Origin: Raillietiella orientalis | Lineage: Eukaryota | NCBI GenBank assembly: GCA_036172245.1 | Contig: JAYWIR010000018.1 | Coordinates: 3,472,001-3,536,000 of the forward strand | Reading direction: 5' to 3' | DNA: 64,000 nucleotides | Part shown: positions 50,330-63,170 of the stretch, piece after piece | Numbering within the stretch: the stretch's first letter is position 1 | Layout of the letters: each line of letters begins with the position of its first letter | Notes under the pieces: generated by a model | What the model was told of the DNA's origin: nothing | Databases searched by the model: none | Seen by the model: only the letters and a program-made list of their open reading frames with translations | Made by a program: the position numbers and the translations under genes

Positions 50330-51400
50330 AGAATAAACAAAAAGAAAAATAAATGATAAATAAAGATACATAACTTTTCTGGAGGGGTTCGGGAAGGAAT
50401 CACAGTTCGTTGTTCGGCTTCCTCTGCATCCTTTTCAGGATGCCAGCAAGTTCATCCGCATGCTGTTCAGTGGGGATCTTCATAAAAGCTTTGCCCAATA
50501 GAAGGCACCTTTGTCCTGCTGGCCTCTTCTTGAAGACCACCACGCCGCCATTGTTCCGAGCAGGCAGCAGATCAATGCCAAGGACGCGGCGGTCGACAGT
50601 GCATCACGCACGAAGAGGAGTTTCACGACGCCTTTGGGGCCCTCCAAAGGGATCTGTAGGGGCCGTCGCAAGCGTTCCCAAAGGAACTGGAGGGCAGTAT
50701 AGTCCACAAGCAGGTGCAGAAGAGTTTCACTTTACTTGCATGTGCAACAGCTGGAATCCACTGGACTTACCCCAGGTCCAATAATGCAGACGTGCTTCGC
50801 AAGGAATTCCCAAATGAAAAATAGCAACGCCGACTCCTACCACTTTAAAGGGAGGATGAAACTGTCTGTAAATATTTCGGATCTTCTACGACAATGTCCA
50901 GCAGCCATGACCAGCGGAGCAGTCGTTTAGGTGAGGCACTTGGGATCACAGAATCCGTCAGTTCACAGGTGGATCACCCATGGAAAGGTTTTGTCTTCCC
51001 TGCAATTCACTTGCCACATTGACGGCATGCCGCTATGCTTGCATCCCTTAAGGAGGTCAGTGCTGCGGCACGGTGGGTTAATGGAGCCCAACGAGTTCTC
51101 GATGCACTGCTGACGACTTTCTGCAACGACAGACATCCGTATTTTCCACTTTGCAGACAGGCGAAGTGTTCAACGCTTGCATTGTGGACCTTTCTATACG
51201 TGTAAATCGTCTCCTGCAGCCTCGTAGAGCAGTTCGTAGGGAGGAAGGACATCCAGGTGCTCTTTTCCACCAAGGCCTCCATCTGCTAAAGTTCATACTC
51301 GGAGAGAGCTGGACTTTGGTGGAGCAGGAGCGCACCTAGGCGTCATTCAGGACTTCGCTTCTAGGATAAGTTTTCTTAACTGGTACCCACTCTTCTGGGA
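50330..51400 (-). mobile_element. Tx1-like LINE 3' fragment (ORF2 C-terminus, zinc finger, T-rich 3'UTR)
   Basis: CCTCK*SETLLHLLVDYTALQFLWERL. The segments LVEKSTWM..LQETIYTYRKV and RTRWAPLT..ALTSLR align with the copy at 59.2-60.8 kb. Confidence 0.8.
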
Positions 51401-51749
51401 GCCAGGTGGCCCAGATCACCATCCCGATACACTACACACAAGTCTGTCAAGCAAACCCAAGACTTTCCTGTGTCAGAGGTCTTTTCATAGAAAGCCCCCG
51501 ATAAGCTTTTTTATTTCACTATGGATGCGACAAACGAAAAGCAGGGGGCTGAAGGAAGGGACCATGATGAAGTAATAAAAATTGTTATAGGTCTTATTTT
51601 AAATTTCATTTCAGTCAAAAATTTATCAAAAATCTGAGTTGAAGGGGAGGGGAAACCCTTAAGAACGAGGTGTCTTTTGAAGATTAAAGGTTTCCCAGGA
51701 GGTGAGAAAACTTCCAGGAAGCGGAAAAGTTTCAAAAAGTGAACAGGAA

Positions 51750-52050
51750 TTCACAATCAGGGTGGCTGCCCAGGATTGCCATCAGCCCGTCCCTTCTCTG
51801 CAGAATATGCAGGAAGTTCAGGATAGATGGGGTCAGGCAGAGGTCGTACTTGCTCCACCGCGGCTCTCGATCTCTGCCTCGAGGAACGACCGCGGCTCCT
51901 TTCGATCCTTGCTCGGTCTGGCTGTGGCAAATGAGACCACAGGACTTTCCATCCCTCCAAACTTCTTGACAGGCTGCTGTTGCTCTCTTGGTCACTGGCA
52001 GGATGAAACGGGAGTACTGTATCGGTGCAGAGGAGATCTTTTCACTCAGA
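51750..52050 (-). mobile_element. Possible APE endonuclease relic
   Basis: WKVLWSH and CHSQTEQGSKGAAVV resemble the SxG..SKGVAIL motif. Confidence 0.3.
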
Positions 52051-52279
52051 GCAGGCAGTAAAAGGAAAAGATCGTCTCCCTAGCAACGCGTCGTCTGGAT
52101 TCCGAGCACTTTTTTGCCTGATGACGCATTTTCTTGGAAGATCTTCCAAGTCTGAAAACATCAAGAATTTCCGGACTATTGATTCTGGCTCACCATCGGA
52201 TGAGACCTGCGACTACTGCTGGCATTTTCGTTTAGGAAGCAGCTCTAAAATGCTATCCGGATCACAGATTATCACCGGG

Positions 52280-53130
52280 TGATGAGGGTCGTTTATTTTA
52301 GAAAAAATAAGCAAAAGTTTGGAACACAGTTCCCGAAACAGAAAGAAAAGGAGTTCATTTGGAGGGTCTATTGACACAGTTTGCTGGGGCAGTCTGGATA
52401 GAAAGGACAGGGGACAGTAAATAACTAACAAAAAAAATGGGTGGATGGGTACAGGGATCTTTAGCATTTGAAGCTCCTTCCTGCTTAGAAACGTTGCAGA
52501 ATACCAACGATTACCAAATTCTTCCTATAGGTGAGACCAACTCGCAGCCGTCCTCATATAGGTGGCTGTCACGCGGGTAACCTCACTTCGCTGCGTACGA
52601 CACTCCAACAAATAGCAGACTGTGACGATGGCGCGCATGCAGCCCATCTTCACAATCACAGCACCTGTAGCAACTCCTCATCTTGCGAAGAATCGCCACA
52701 GCAGATCTTTGGAAATGTTCATAGCGTGCAAGAGTGCGGAAACCAGACTCCGCCAAAGCTCCTCTTGGGCACACTCCTCGGGAACGATTCCATCGCTCCG
52801 CATCTTGAACAATTTGGGAACGCAACTCCCGCAAAAACCAGGCGTCTGCACTGATTGCACAGGAATTCCCAGTGCAGAAATAGCAAACCGCCGTGTTTTC
52901 AACTCAGAAAATACACCGAGGTATTTGAGCACGAAGGAGGAACCACAAGTTCTTCAGGGGACACACTCAAGAGTTCACTCCACCGTCGTAGTCTTTTTGT
53001 CCGATAGTTTCTCAGATAAATCTGGATCACAGAAGAAGACATGGAAAACGCTCCCCTATCTATGGCTCCAAGGAAGGGAACAAGAGTCGAGACTGCTATT
53101 GTAAGGCTATCTACTCTCCTTGTTGCCAAG
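52280..53130 (-). mobile_element. Tx1-like LINE 3' fragment, same subfamily as 61560-63170
   Basis: RRWSELLSVSPEELV, HWEFLCNQ..NCSRCGAMESFP and LWRSLVSALLH..RFFAR match the + copy; the 3'UTRs are homologous. Confidence 0.85.
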
Positions 53131-54199
53131 CAAGCTGAAGCTTCCCTTTTGAATCAGCATCATTAAGAGCAGTTACCGGTGAGGCATGACCCTTTGCTCT
53201 GCCTTCCTCCGCCTCCTTCCATGGGCCTCTTCATCCAATTTTCCATCCCTAATTGCAGCGTTCCCTTTATTCTCAATACATGATGTTTTTTGGGGACTAT
53301 CAAGGAGGTTCCCAGAGCCGGAAAACTGAACACTGAGGGTTTCCTTAGAGAATAGGGCTGTTTCCTACCCCTGTGCATGGTGCAGGCAACTTTTCAAATC
53401 ACGCGGCCAGCTCTTCCTAGGTGACAGCATTACCTGGACAAGGGCATAGTGGAAGAGGAAGGCAGAAGTTCCTGTGGATTTACTCCCATCAGGGGAAGCA
53501 TCGTTCGCCAAGCGAGCCCTCCGGGACACGCGTTCGTTATCTGCGGGATGATCCATGCGATCCTCTCAGAAGATGTCTTTCCTCCGAGAAAAATGCCGCA
53601 AAACCTCCTCTTTATTTATTCATAAGGGCGCATTTCCTGTACAGAACGCAATCGATTATTATCTGGTTAAATATTTTTCATCGAATAGATGGACAGATGT
53701 TTAGGAAACAGAATGCAGCGTCCCATGATGATTTTCTTGTTCGGAATTTGATTTCGCTAAAGCAAGAATCATTAATGGCGACGCCATAAGTGTACATCCG
53801 GTGGAATCCGTCTTGATTTTGGAAGAGGAGGAGCAAGTACATTTTTTCTTTTTTCGTACACTGCTCTTGCTAAAAGAATTCATACGAGATAATCTCGCAC
53901 GGCATGAAACGCGATTATCCCAATTCGAAGCTCTCTCGGGGTACACTTAGGATACAGCTTCGGAACTTTAATTGTTCTCTGCACGTCCTTCCTAGCATCC
54001 TTGATAGCTTAAGCAATCGTCAGGAGGAAGAGAGAACATCAATGCATCATCCGGAGCTGGAATTGGACAGGAACCTTAGAGAGCCATGCGAGGGAGAAGT
54101 GAGCGGTTCCAAGTTCCGCCAAGCGAAGAGATCGCAGAACAAACCAGTCCTTTCTTTTTCCTAATCTTCATATCCGGGAGGTACAAAGATAAGTACAAC

Positions 54200-57100
54200 A
54201 TCCTCTTCGAGCACCTTCCTAATCTGAAGGTCGCTAGCTACTACTGAAAGATCCTAGGGGCATGGTCACAGGGCAGTCATATTTCTCATGCAGGCGGTCC
54301 GGAAGGGGGAAAGTGGAGAAGAATAAGACTCTTCCGTCTTGAGGCGCATGCTGGACAAAGAGACGCATCAGGAGGTCGGCGGGATTCTGAATGTCTTACT
54401 CGAACACAAGGTGCCTCCAGGTTTTTCAATCTCCCTCTCGAGCATCTCGGGAATGATCCCAGAAGATCGGAACACTTATTTCTGTGACTTCTTGCGCCAA
54501 TGAGACAAATACTGGGCTCCATTCGTTGTAGGGAAGCAGACTGAGTCAAGAAGCTGCGCGAATCTCCAACTTAAGCGCTGAACATTGCTGGTTCCCTCAG
54601 AATAGCTGACACTCATCGGAAGGAAGAGAATAGGGGAAATCTCATTCAGTTAAGCAAATAATGAGAGAGACCTCGGGGCTGAGATGCCCTCGAACTGTTC
54701 TGAAGCTACATATAGATAGAAAGTCTGGCCTGACAGAGCTGAGCTGAGGCTATCAGAGCAAACTTTCGGCTCAGATGCACCTCCAATGAACCCAATGTGG
54801 TGGACAGGACCGCCGCCTTAGACTGAAATTGCATTGGGTTGCGGCGCGTCCGATGCAACGCTTGCTCATCAGATCCGACGAAGGCTGCTGGTTGTTATAG
54901 AGCCGTAGAATTCGAGTGCTCATGCATCGTTTTGCCGAAGCAGGTGTACTTGGAGACGGATGGTCTTTGACTGTTAAAGCAGACGTCCAATATTTCGCTT
55001 GAATAGAATCTCTCCTCTCTCCTGACATTTTGTCGAAGCTGCTCACGTTCCTCCTGCAAGAGTAAGGGACGCGACATTGCGAGTAGAAGAGTAGAATTAG
55101 GTACTCTAATATAAATAGTGGATGTTAAAAAGTGAGGAGGAAGACTTATATGAATTGGTGGTAGAGCTCGAAGTGCATGTTGGTTTGAAGCCGCCTACGC
55201 CTCCGTGTCGAATATTGTCGGTAGCAACGCACGCTTCGGTGAGATGGTTGGAGTCTGATGCGGTTACATACAACCGTCCTTTGATCGCTGTACAGCCCAT
55301 CCCCCTGATTCTCTCAAGGAAATGGGGCATAAGGTCAGCAACAAGAAGTGCGCTCCTTTGAGGTAAGACTAACCAAGTTTGGCATTGGCTTTGGTAAAGA
55401 AAGAATAGGGAATTGGCCTTGCTAGTCTCTGGAGATTCAGTCAGAACGATGACAGTGTCCTCATCTTGGATGCAGACACTGAGAATCTTCCAGAGTGCAG
55501 AGTCCTGAGTCTGTCCTCACCCATCCGACCCCAGAGATCACAAGATGATAGAGAGAAGCAAGATGTTTGTAAGGTATATGCACCTATACAGTATTTCAAA
55601 ATATCCCAGTATACTGGAAGATCAGAACTTTGAGGTGGAAAAGACCGGGGCATCTTAGGCAGGGAGACTAAAAGTGTAACTATTCAGAAGTTGTGGGAAA
55701 TGTGAGGTGTCCCAATCCCATGACTGAACTGCAGGCTATCCGCACTCGGGATGGAAGATCTCATACCCTCCCCCCCCCCCCCCCCAACTCTGCATACTTG
55801 GCTGCTCCGCATCTCAAGATATCTTTAGCAGTCTCCTAGCCACGGAGACATGAGGTCCCCTTCCCTCACAAGAATGAGGGGTTCTCCAGGAAGTTTCTCT
55901 TTGGCGTCGAGGTGGACATCAAAAAACTCGGGTTTCACCTCTCTCTGGTTGCAGTCATATAACGAACGGCAAGGCAGCCAAAACTTCTGTATTAGTAAAA
56001 AAAATCGGAGGCCGCCAGGCATTCCAGTTACATTCCTAGTCCTCTGGTCCTCTCTCTTTCGGATCTCCTTTCGGATGAGCTTGGCTGGAAGAAGAGATCT
56101 TCAGACGGCGAACCTCAGGCGTCACACTTGCCTTTCCTCTCAACTTGATCGGGGGTCAATCCGCTTCTTAAGGAACTTTGCATTATGTCCTGAGCCTTCT
56201 TATCATCTTCAGGTCATTTGCTCTATTGATACTGGCCTCTTCTCGGGTGCATCCACTAGAGGAATTCACTTTTCGGATCCGAGCAGAGCGTTGTGCTGAG
56301 GAGAAAGATTATACTGTCCACTGTGGTGCGGACTCTCATACAATTGGGTTTCGGAATGTGCAGATCATCCATTCTTTCTAAATTCTTTCTCCGTGGTCTT
56401 CGCTGATGAAACGCATGCTATGGAGTCTGCATGCTCTGCAAGAAAGCCGGTTAGCCTCTGTTGCTCGTGGGATTTCTTCGCTGCCTTCTTTGCAATCGCC
56501 TGCAAGTTACTTCTTTAAAAACGAACTAACTCCCTCTCTCGAAGAAGAAGAAGAAATAACAAAGCCTCGATCTGGGCGTCCACCCTGAAAGTTGTTCCCC
56601 GAATAAACTACATGGCTTCCTTTGCAGTTTGTCGTCTGCTGTTTTTGCTGACTGGAAGAACAGGGGAAGAACAGCAGCTCTGGCCCTACTTGCCGTAGTC
56701 ATGACTTGCATCCGGATATTCATGCGAAAATTTTTCCGATATTTGGGTGCTGAGTGATCTTCAGGTAAATTGGGATTTTTTGCTCTGCTCAAGAGATGCT
56801 CACGAATCCTTGAGGAGACTGTGCTGGAGAGGCACTTAGGCAAGAACGTTCCTTCTCCTATGAGAATGTACGTGGATTTTGTGTTGCAGTTCTTCTTGCG
56901 GGAACTGCAAATGCTCCAAGGAAGAGCTTGTGAAGCTCTCAGGCCTGGGTGGGAGTCATGTCTCTGAGCTAATCAGGATGCAGGTCATGCTAAACTCCTG
57001 TTGAGAACTCTGATCACCATCAAGGTACGCAGCCAGTGACGGAAGATCGTCCCCTGGTCGGCCATTTCACAGGAATAGCAGTGACGATGATCAAGGATGC

Positions 57101-57200
57101 TGTTCTTCGGAAAATGTAAGGAACGGTGCACGCTTGAGGTGAGATAACCTTCTCTGGCTAAGAGGTTGAGTGGGGTAAAAACTGCCAGAATCGTCTTCCG
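54200..57200 (-). mobile_element. Heavily decayed Tx1/L1-like ORF2 (EN end, RT, zinc finger)
   Basis: In order: ILDH, FWL..SLYD, VREGDLMSPWL (VRQGCPLSPLL-like), LKYCIG, HGGVG, SLCPAC..SLILL. Confidence 0.6.
55770..55785 (+). repeat. Poly-C run (16)
   Basis: Direct reading. Confidence 0.9.
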
Positions 57201-57208
57201 CAAAGGGA

Positions 57209-59160
57209 ATGGTCTGCCCTACAGATTGCAGGCTTGAAGTGAATACATCGATCTGTGGTTTGTGGAAAAGATCTGTTCACATTGCGAAAAGAAGGGGCAC
57301 TTCAAGAAGAGGTGTCCCGAAATCACGTGCCGCAGATGCAGGAAGGGGTATATCCAGGTTGTTTGCCTCACAAAGGGGAACAGTTCACCGGGAACCGCAA
57401 GGCGAAAGCATACGACAGCGAGCGCGAGAAAGGCCACACCTTCAATCGGCAAACGAAGGAGCCACGTATTCTCCAGAAGCAACCGAAACCCTCACAGCTG
57501 CCCTAGGCAAATAGAGCAGAGGCAACCCAGGGTAAAACAGGGAACAGTGGCAGACAAACCTTGAAATACAAAAGAAAACAACGAAAAAAAAGGGAAAGAA
57601 ACCCGCTGGAGGCAGCGCGTGGACGCGAGGCAACCAAGTGCGCCCCTGCGTACTTAAATTCGAACGCATCTCCGAGGAAGCAACGGAATTCGTTCTGGGA
57701 GTCTTGTTAAACGGCCTAGAAGATAGGGACGATGTCGCCTTCTTGTTAGCCGTGGAGGGTCTGACTGAAGCGTTGCAATCGTCCACCAAGGCAGAAATAA
57801 AGGAGGTCTGTAATGAAAGAGCAGCAAATGTCAAACTCCGACGCGGAAGCCGGAAACAACTAGTCACAGGGTATCCAAATGATTGCTAAAGACTGCGAGG
57901 AGACGTGAGTCCCGGAAGATGACGAAAAGCCGTCCTCTGGAGAAGAGGCAATGTCCGATGCATCTCAGGACTCCTCTCTGGAGAAAGTCCCGCGGTCGAA
58001 AGGGAAAAGTGAGAAAGGATCAGCTGCGGTTGGCCAAGTTTTCGTTTCCCCTTTGGACGGCCAGCTTGCGCGACATCTACCGTCAGATTCCCAAAGGTTA
58101 ATGCAAGGAGTCACATCTTCCGGTGTTACGCGTGGCCCTGCTGGAACATCAACGGATTGCGCCAAGATGAAAAAAACCGCGATGTAGCCTTCGTCCTGTC
58201 ATCCTTCGACCTGGTGCTTCTCCATGAAATCCACAGCATCTCAGCAGAAGATGTCGCAGAGATCGACAGGATTGCGGACAGAAAGCTGTACTGGCAGTGC
58301 AGCTCTGTGCACTCATGCAAGATGGCTTTTCTTGTGAAGTTAGCTGTGGACTGCACCATGTGGGACGTGCAGTTTACGAGGACGGTCGAGTCGGCCAACT
58401 TGTAATCAAGTGATTGGAATCGATCGACCTGTACGTGTACGTGCCATGCGGTCCCGATCTGCGTAGAGAAAAAATTCGTTTCTACAAAGATCTCCACCAG
58501 CGCGAATGGTTGGAGGATGCAGGCGTGCAAACGTCCCCTTGATTGCAGGCGACTTGAACGTTCGCCTTCTCTCGGGTGCGGCTAACTGGAACACAACCGG
58601 AGCTGGGAGCAGCACTGCACGCGCGAAACTTGCTGGTCGGGAAACCTGGGATGGGGGACAACCTCGATCACACCTTTCTCAACTAAGACCTGCATTCGTG
58701 GATGGGAAAGAGAGGCAGGATTCGATCTACGCTGTCCGACCACGGCCGGATCGAGATCGAAGTGCTGCCATGCCAGAAAGGTTCCTCGTCCTTTAGATGC
58801 CGTCATCCAGGGAACTTGCTGAACCACGGAAGCAGTGAAGAGCCTTTGCGGGTTTCTGAGAGACTTGACTGTGCAGCAGAACGAAAACTGGGATTCTTTG
58901 AAGATCTCGGTATAAGAGTTTTGCAAAAATTTTCCGGCAGTTTGCCTCCCGACGGTTCAGCCCGTTGCGAATCGTCTGCGCCGGGACGTTTATTGAAATC
59001 AATGAACATACAACAAAAGTAACAAGGAACTGTCGAAATGACGGTACACAGATACGGGAGATTCGTCTCGACAGCAGAGGGGAGAGGAACAAAGAGAGAG
59101 TTTTGGAGAACCTGGCGTTTGGTCACGTCGGGCCGATTATTAAAAACTCTTCCATGCGTT
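57209..59160 (+). mobile_element. Tx1-like LINE 5' portion: ORF1 zinc knuckles plus ORF2 APE endonuclease, pseudogenised
   Basis: CCHC knuckle CSHCEKKGHFKKRC plus a second degenerate one. Endonuclease motifs CWNINGLR, FDLVLLHEIH, VYVP, LIAGDLN and LSDH are spread over several frames. Confidence 0.9.
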
Positions 59161-59179
59161 TGTGGTACAAGGCCCCACT

Positions 59180-61090
59180 ACGGTCAACACATCATGGGAT
59201 CTGCCGGGTCTCCGGTACTCAGACCAGCTTGATTCTTCTCGGCAGAGGAGGGGGATGGGGGAGAAACAAAAAGAAAAAAGGCAAAATAAAAAAAAAAGAA
59301 ACATTTTGGAGGGCCGGGAAGGGATTACTGACCACTGACTAAAGGGTCCATCCTTTCCAGGATGCCCTCGAGGTCCATCCGTATAATTCCCAGGTGGGGC
59401 CATCTGGTCGCAATCCGCAGGAAGCGGACTGAGAGTTCGACGGCGTCCCTCTCGTTGTTTGGTCTCCTGACTTCGCTCCACGCAGCCCCAATACCTCGGA
59501 CGCAGCAGAGTGCTGCCAGGGCTGCGGCTGGTTGCAGGGCGTCCTATACGAAGAGGAGCCGAAAAACGTCCTTGGGGGGGGGGGGTCGGGGGCTGCCCAT
59601 CGGGATCCGTAGGGTCGTTGAGAAACGCTCCCAAAGGGCCCGGAGGGCAACGCAGTCCACTAGCAGGTGGAGGAAGGATTTCCTTTCCCCGCACCTGGCA
59701 CAGTTGGATTTACCCTCCCCAAAGTCCAGTGGTGGCAGCGCGCGTTGCAGGGGAGACCCTAGTGCAACAGAAGAAGCGCCGACTCCTGCCACTTCAAGGG
59801 AAGGGTGCTTGAGTCTTTCAACATTGCGGGCCACTCCAGCTCGTCCGTTGCGTTGCCGAGCAGCTCTCCTCATCTCTCTAATTCACGCGGAAGGACGCTC
59901 GGGATCGTGACGTCCGCCAACTGTTCCATGGTCCAACCGCTTGAATTCTTCTCCCTGCCTGCGATCCGGCAGGAGACTTGTCACTCCGGCGTTCGGCCAA
60001 TTGCCCTCCTCAAGAAGAACATAGCCGTAGCTAGGGGGGTCGTCTCCGCCCACGTGCTCCTGGCGGGACACTCCCGAATGGTCCGTATTGAGCAGCGGGC
60101 GTAGTTGGAGAAACGCAGGTAGTTCCAGCTGTCACTTCCAAATCTATTCAACTTCACCCACGTGCCAACTGTTTCCTCTAGCCCTGCACTAGAGTTGACG
60201 GAGCTACAGACCATCCAGCCGTTCTCCCTCGCCAGTGTGACCATGCGTCCGATGAGGAGGCCGCATTTTCGTATATTCCGGCTGCGGCACAGAAGATGGC
60301 ACGCTAGCCCTTCCGTCCCGGTTACACAGCTGGCGAGGAGGAGGGACGGAACGCACCAAGGGGTGCTTCAGTATTTTGCTGCGATGGCCATGGTTCGCTA
60401 TCGCAGCTGAATCTCCATCTGCTCTAGAGTCAGGAGGCGGAGACCGCCGTCCCGACGGTCTAGGCCTCCTGGCTCTGTCCCGACTCCGTCCCGACGCGGA
60501 GCCAACAGGGACCTCTCGTTGCTCCACAAGGCGATGCGTAGGACATCCTTAGTCCGTTTCTTTATCTGGGGGGGACGGGGCAAACAAAAGATAGGGAGCG
60601 GAGAATGGGGGCCGCAAACGCGTACCACACCGCGGCCCATTCCGGCAGGTAAAACTTGCCTCCCAGGGACGGGCCGATAGCCAACTCCACTTTTTGGAGA
60701 CGAATTGGCCAGGCTTCTGCGAGGCAGAAGTCCCCCAACGGAACGTCCAGGTACTTTAAGTACTTGGCCGTGGGGATTCCCAAGAGGATCCAGTCAGGCC
60801 GTCCAGCCCACGTCGCACCAACCCCCACCACCGACGACTTCGCCTTTCTGTGGGGTGCCGCGGCGATGGAAGGTGCCTTTCCGGCTTCCGCTTCGGAGTT
60901 CGAGATTTCGGACTGCTTTGTGGAGGCCGGACGCCTTAAGGCCTTTTTCGAGGCCTTCGAAGGTCGCTGCAGCGCGGTAACAAGCCCTTCCGCCGCTCGC
61001 TGGAAAGCGACGTCATCGGGCACGGGCTCGTTGACGGACTCCGCCGCCTCGCTCCCTCCTTGTTGGCATTTACTGCCACCACGTCTCCAC
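59180..61090 (-). mobile_element. Internally deleted Tx1-like LINE: ORF1 C-terminal segment joined to the ORF2 thumb/C-terminus, zinc finger and 3'UTR
   Basis: DDVAFQRAAEGLVTALQ, then KYLKYLDVPLG, then CARCGERKSFLHLLVDCVALRALWERF, then a T-rich UTR (A-rich on + at 59263-59300). Confidence 0.8.
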
Positions 61091-61559
61091 AATGGAAACA
61101 GCTCAAGACTTTCCTGAAACTTCGATCTCCTCCCACATCCGTGATGTTCATGAATCGACCCCTGTAATCCTGCGTGATGAAAATCCCAATGATTTCACTA
61201 CCCCACTTGGACAAGGTGTAGCCATCCTAGTTTCCCTTTGAATTCCCTCCCCGAGAATAAAGAATTTTCCCCTTAACTATAGAAGTGCCAGTGTTTCTGA
61301 CTCCCAACAAAATATCAGTGAATCTAATGACACTAGACTGTCTATGCCAAAAAAAAAAAATAATAATTAAATAATTATCAAAGAAAATGTTGACACAAAT
61401 GCTTCAAACCCTTACATCGTTGCCAAATGTTGCTCTACGCGAGAGAAAACATATTTTTAATGCCGAAATAAAAATTTGTTAAAAAGACAAAAAGAATTTA
61501 TCAACGGAGGGTTGCACGTTGGCAGCAGCGTGTTCTGAGACGCCACACTGGTCGATTGC

Positions 61560-63170
61560 AGGAACGCGTTCCATGACCACGCGGCAGGTGCTTTAAGTAC
61601 CCTTGGGCGACTTCTGCCCAGCAGAAGCGTGGTCAGACTGCCTTTGCGTGGCCGAGACTGCTCTGGGCCCGTTCCAAGGTCGCAGGTTCGTCCTGCCGGA
61701 GCGGACCTTCGTGTGGAACATTTCGTTGCTCCCCTCCTCCGTCCCCTTTTTTTTGTTTGTCCGCCTCCCTACTCGGCCAAGCTCCGGGCGAAACGCCTGT
61801 TGAGGAACGCTTTGTGGGAACCTGCGAGGTAGAGGATACGCTTCAAGGACTTGGCAGCTCCTCGTAGGGATGCCGGCTTTGACATCCTGACGCTGGAAAG
61901 GATAGGACTGCTAGTGCCGTTCCGCATGCTGGCACTTTGTGCCCAGCTTTGGACGACTTCATGGTGTGCTCCCACGCGGCTGCTTCTGCGGGGCTTCACG
62001 GGGAGCGATGGACTGCGTTCGTTGCTTGCACCTGCATATGGAGCGCGCCATGAGAGGATTCGGCTTCCTGCTGAGGCAGCTCGCCTCGCTCCTGGAAGCT
62101 CATTCGTGGATCTCCTGCCGGCCAACGAACCTTAATGCTTGGCGGCAGGAGACGCTATCGTCCTGGGCAACGCATCAGGATGTGTTCCTTTTGGAACTCC
62201 GTTGAGTGAACCTTTCTCCATTCTGTCCAGTGGAGGAGGTGTTGCAGAACCAGGAGAAGTGGACTCGCCTGGCCGCTACGTCCCTCGCCGCAGCATGCTT
62301 CGCCTGCCCTAAGGCCAAGAGAGGGCAGTTGCCTACGGGCAAGGTGGGAGATCGCCTCCGCAATCGCAGGAGAAACCCGACCTCTGGGCAGCTGGAGGAC
62401 GAGCGAGCTGGCAGACGCTGCCACGCCTTGCCATCGTGCCAAGGGACTTCTTCGGTGGAACGCACTCCTAAGGGTGTCCCCCGAAGAACTTGTGTTCCCC
62501 CCGCTCGTGCGTGCACACGACTGTGTTCTCGCTGGAAACAGGACGCTTTTCTGCTGGTGCATTGGGGTTTCCATTGCAACCAGCGCGCGCACCTGGTTTC
62601 CGGGGTAGTTGCGTCCCTGAACTGTGAAAGGTGTGAAACAGTGGAATCGCTTCCGCACCTGTTATTTGACTGCGGTGTTCTCCAGGGACTGTGGCGGAGG
62701 CTGTCTTCAGCGCTCCCGCACCAAGAGGACACCGCCATCGGCGTTATGCGCCGCTTCTTCACGCGTGGCCTTTCGCTAGGAGCGATCATCGCAACGATCT
62801 GTTGCATCTGCGCCATTATCAGGGCTCGCCACGTATTGCAGTTGCGAGTGGCCCCAACAGCAGTCACCGACAGTGCAGCCTGCAATCTTGGCATGGCTGC
62901 CAGGCGGCCTCACATCAACGAAGAAGTGAAGACGGAGATCTCCGGCATTCAACGCTGGTTCTGAGAAAAGGAACAGCTGAAGCCACAGACTCATGTCCCA
63001 CCCCCCTCTATTTTTATCTATTTATTGTCCCCTCCTTCCCGTTCCGAACTCAGTATCCCAGACCCGCTTGTCGGGGAACCCTCCTCCTTAACTTCTGTTC
63101 CCGTTGCCTAGGAAATATGTTCTCAAATGATTTCATTTTTAACAAACGTCCCCGCGCAACCGGGTAGGCA
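61560..63170 (+). mobile_element. 5'-truncated Tx1-like LINE (ORF2 thumb to zinc finger, 3'UTR)
   Basis: CERCETVESLPHLLFDCGVLQGLW (zf-RVT type). The start is homologous to 60562-60770 on the minus strand. Confidence 0.88.

Noticed and set aside
52912..52932. LKYLGV as the RT thumb motif
   Set aside because: Homology to the 62.4 kb copy shows the true frame is different; the match is coincidental.
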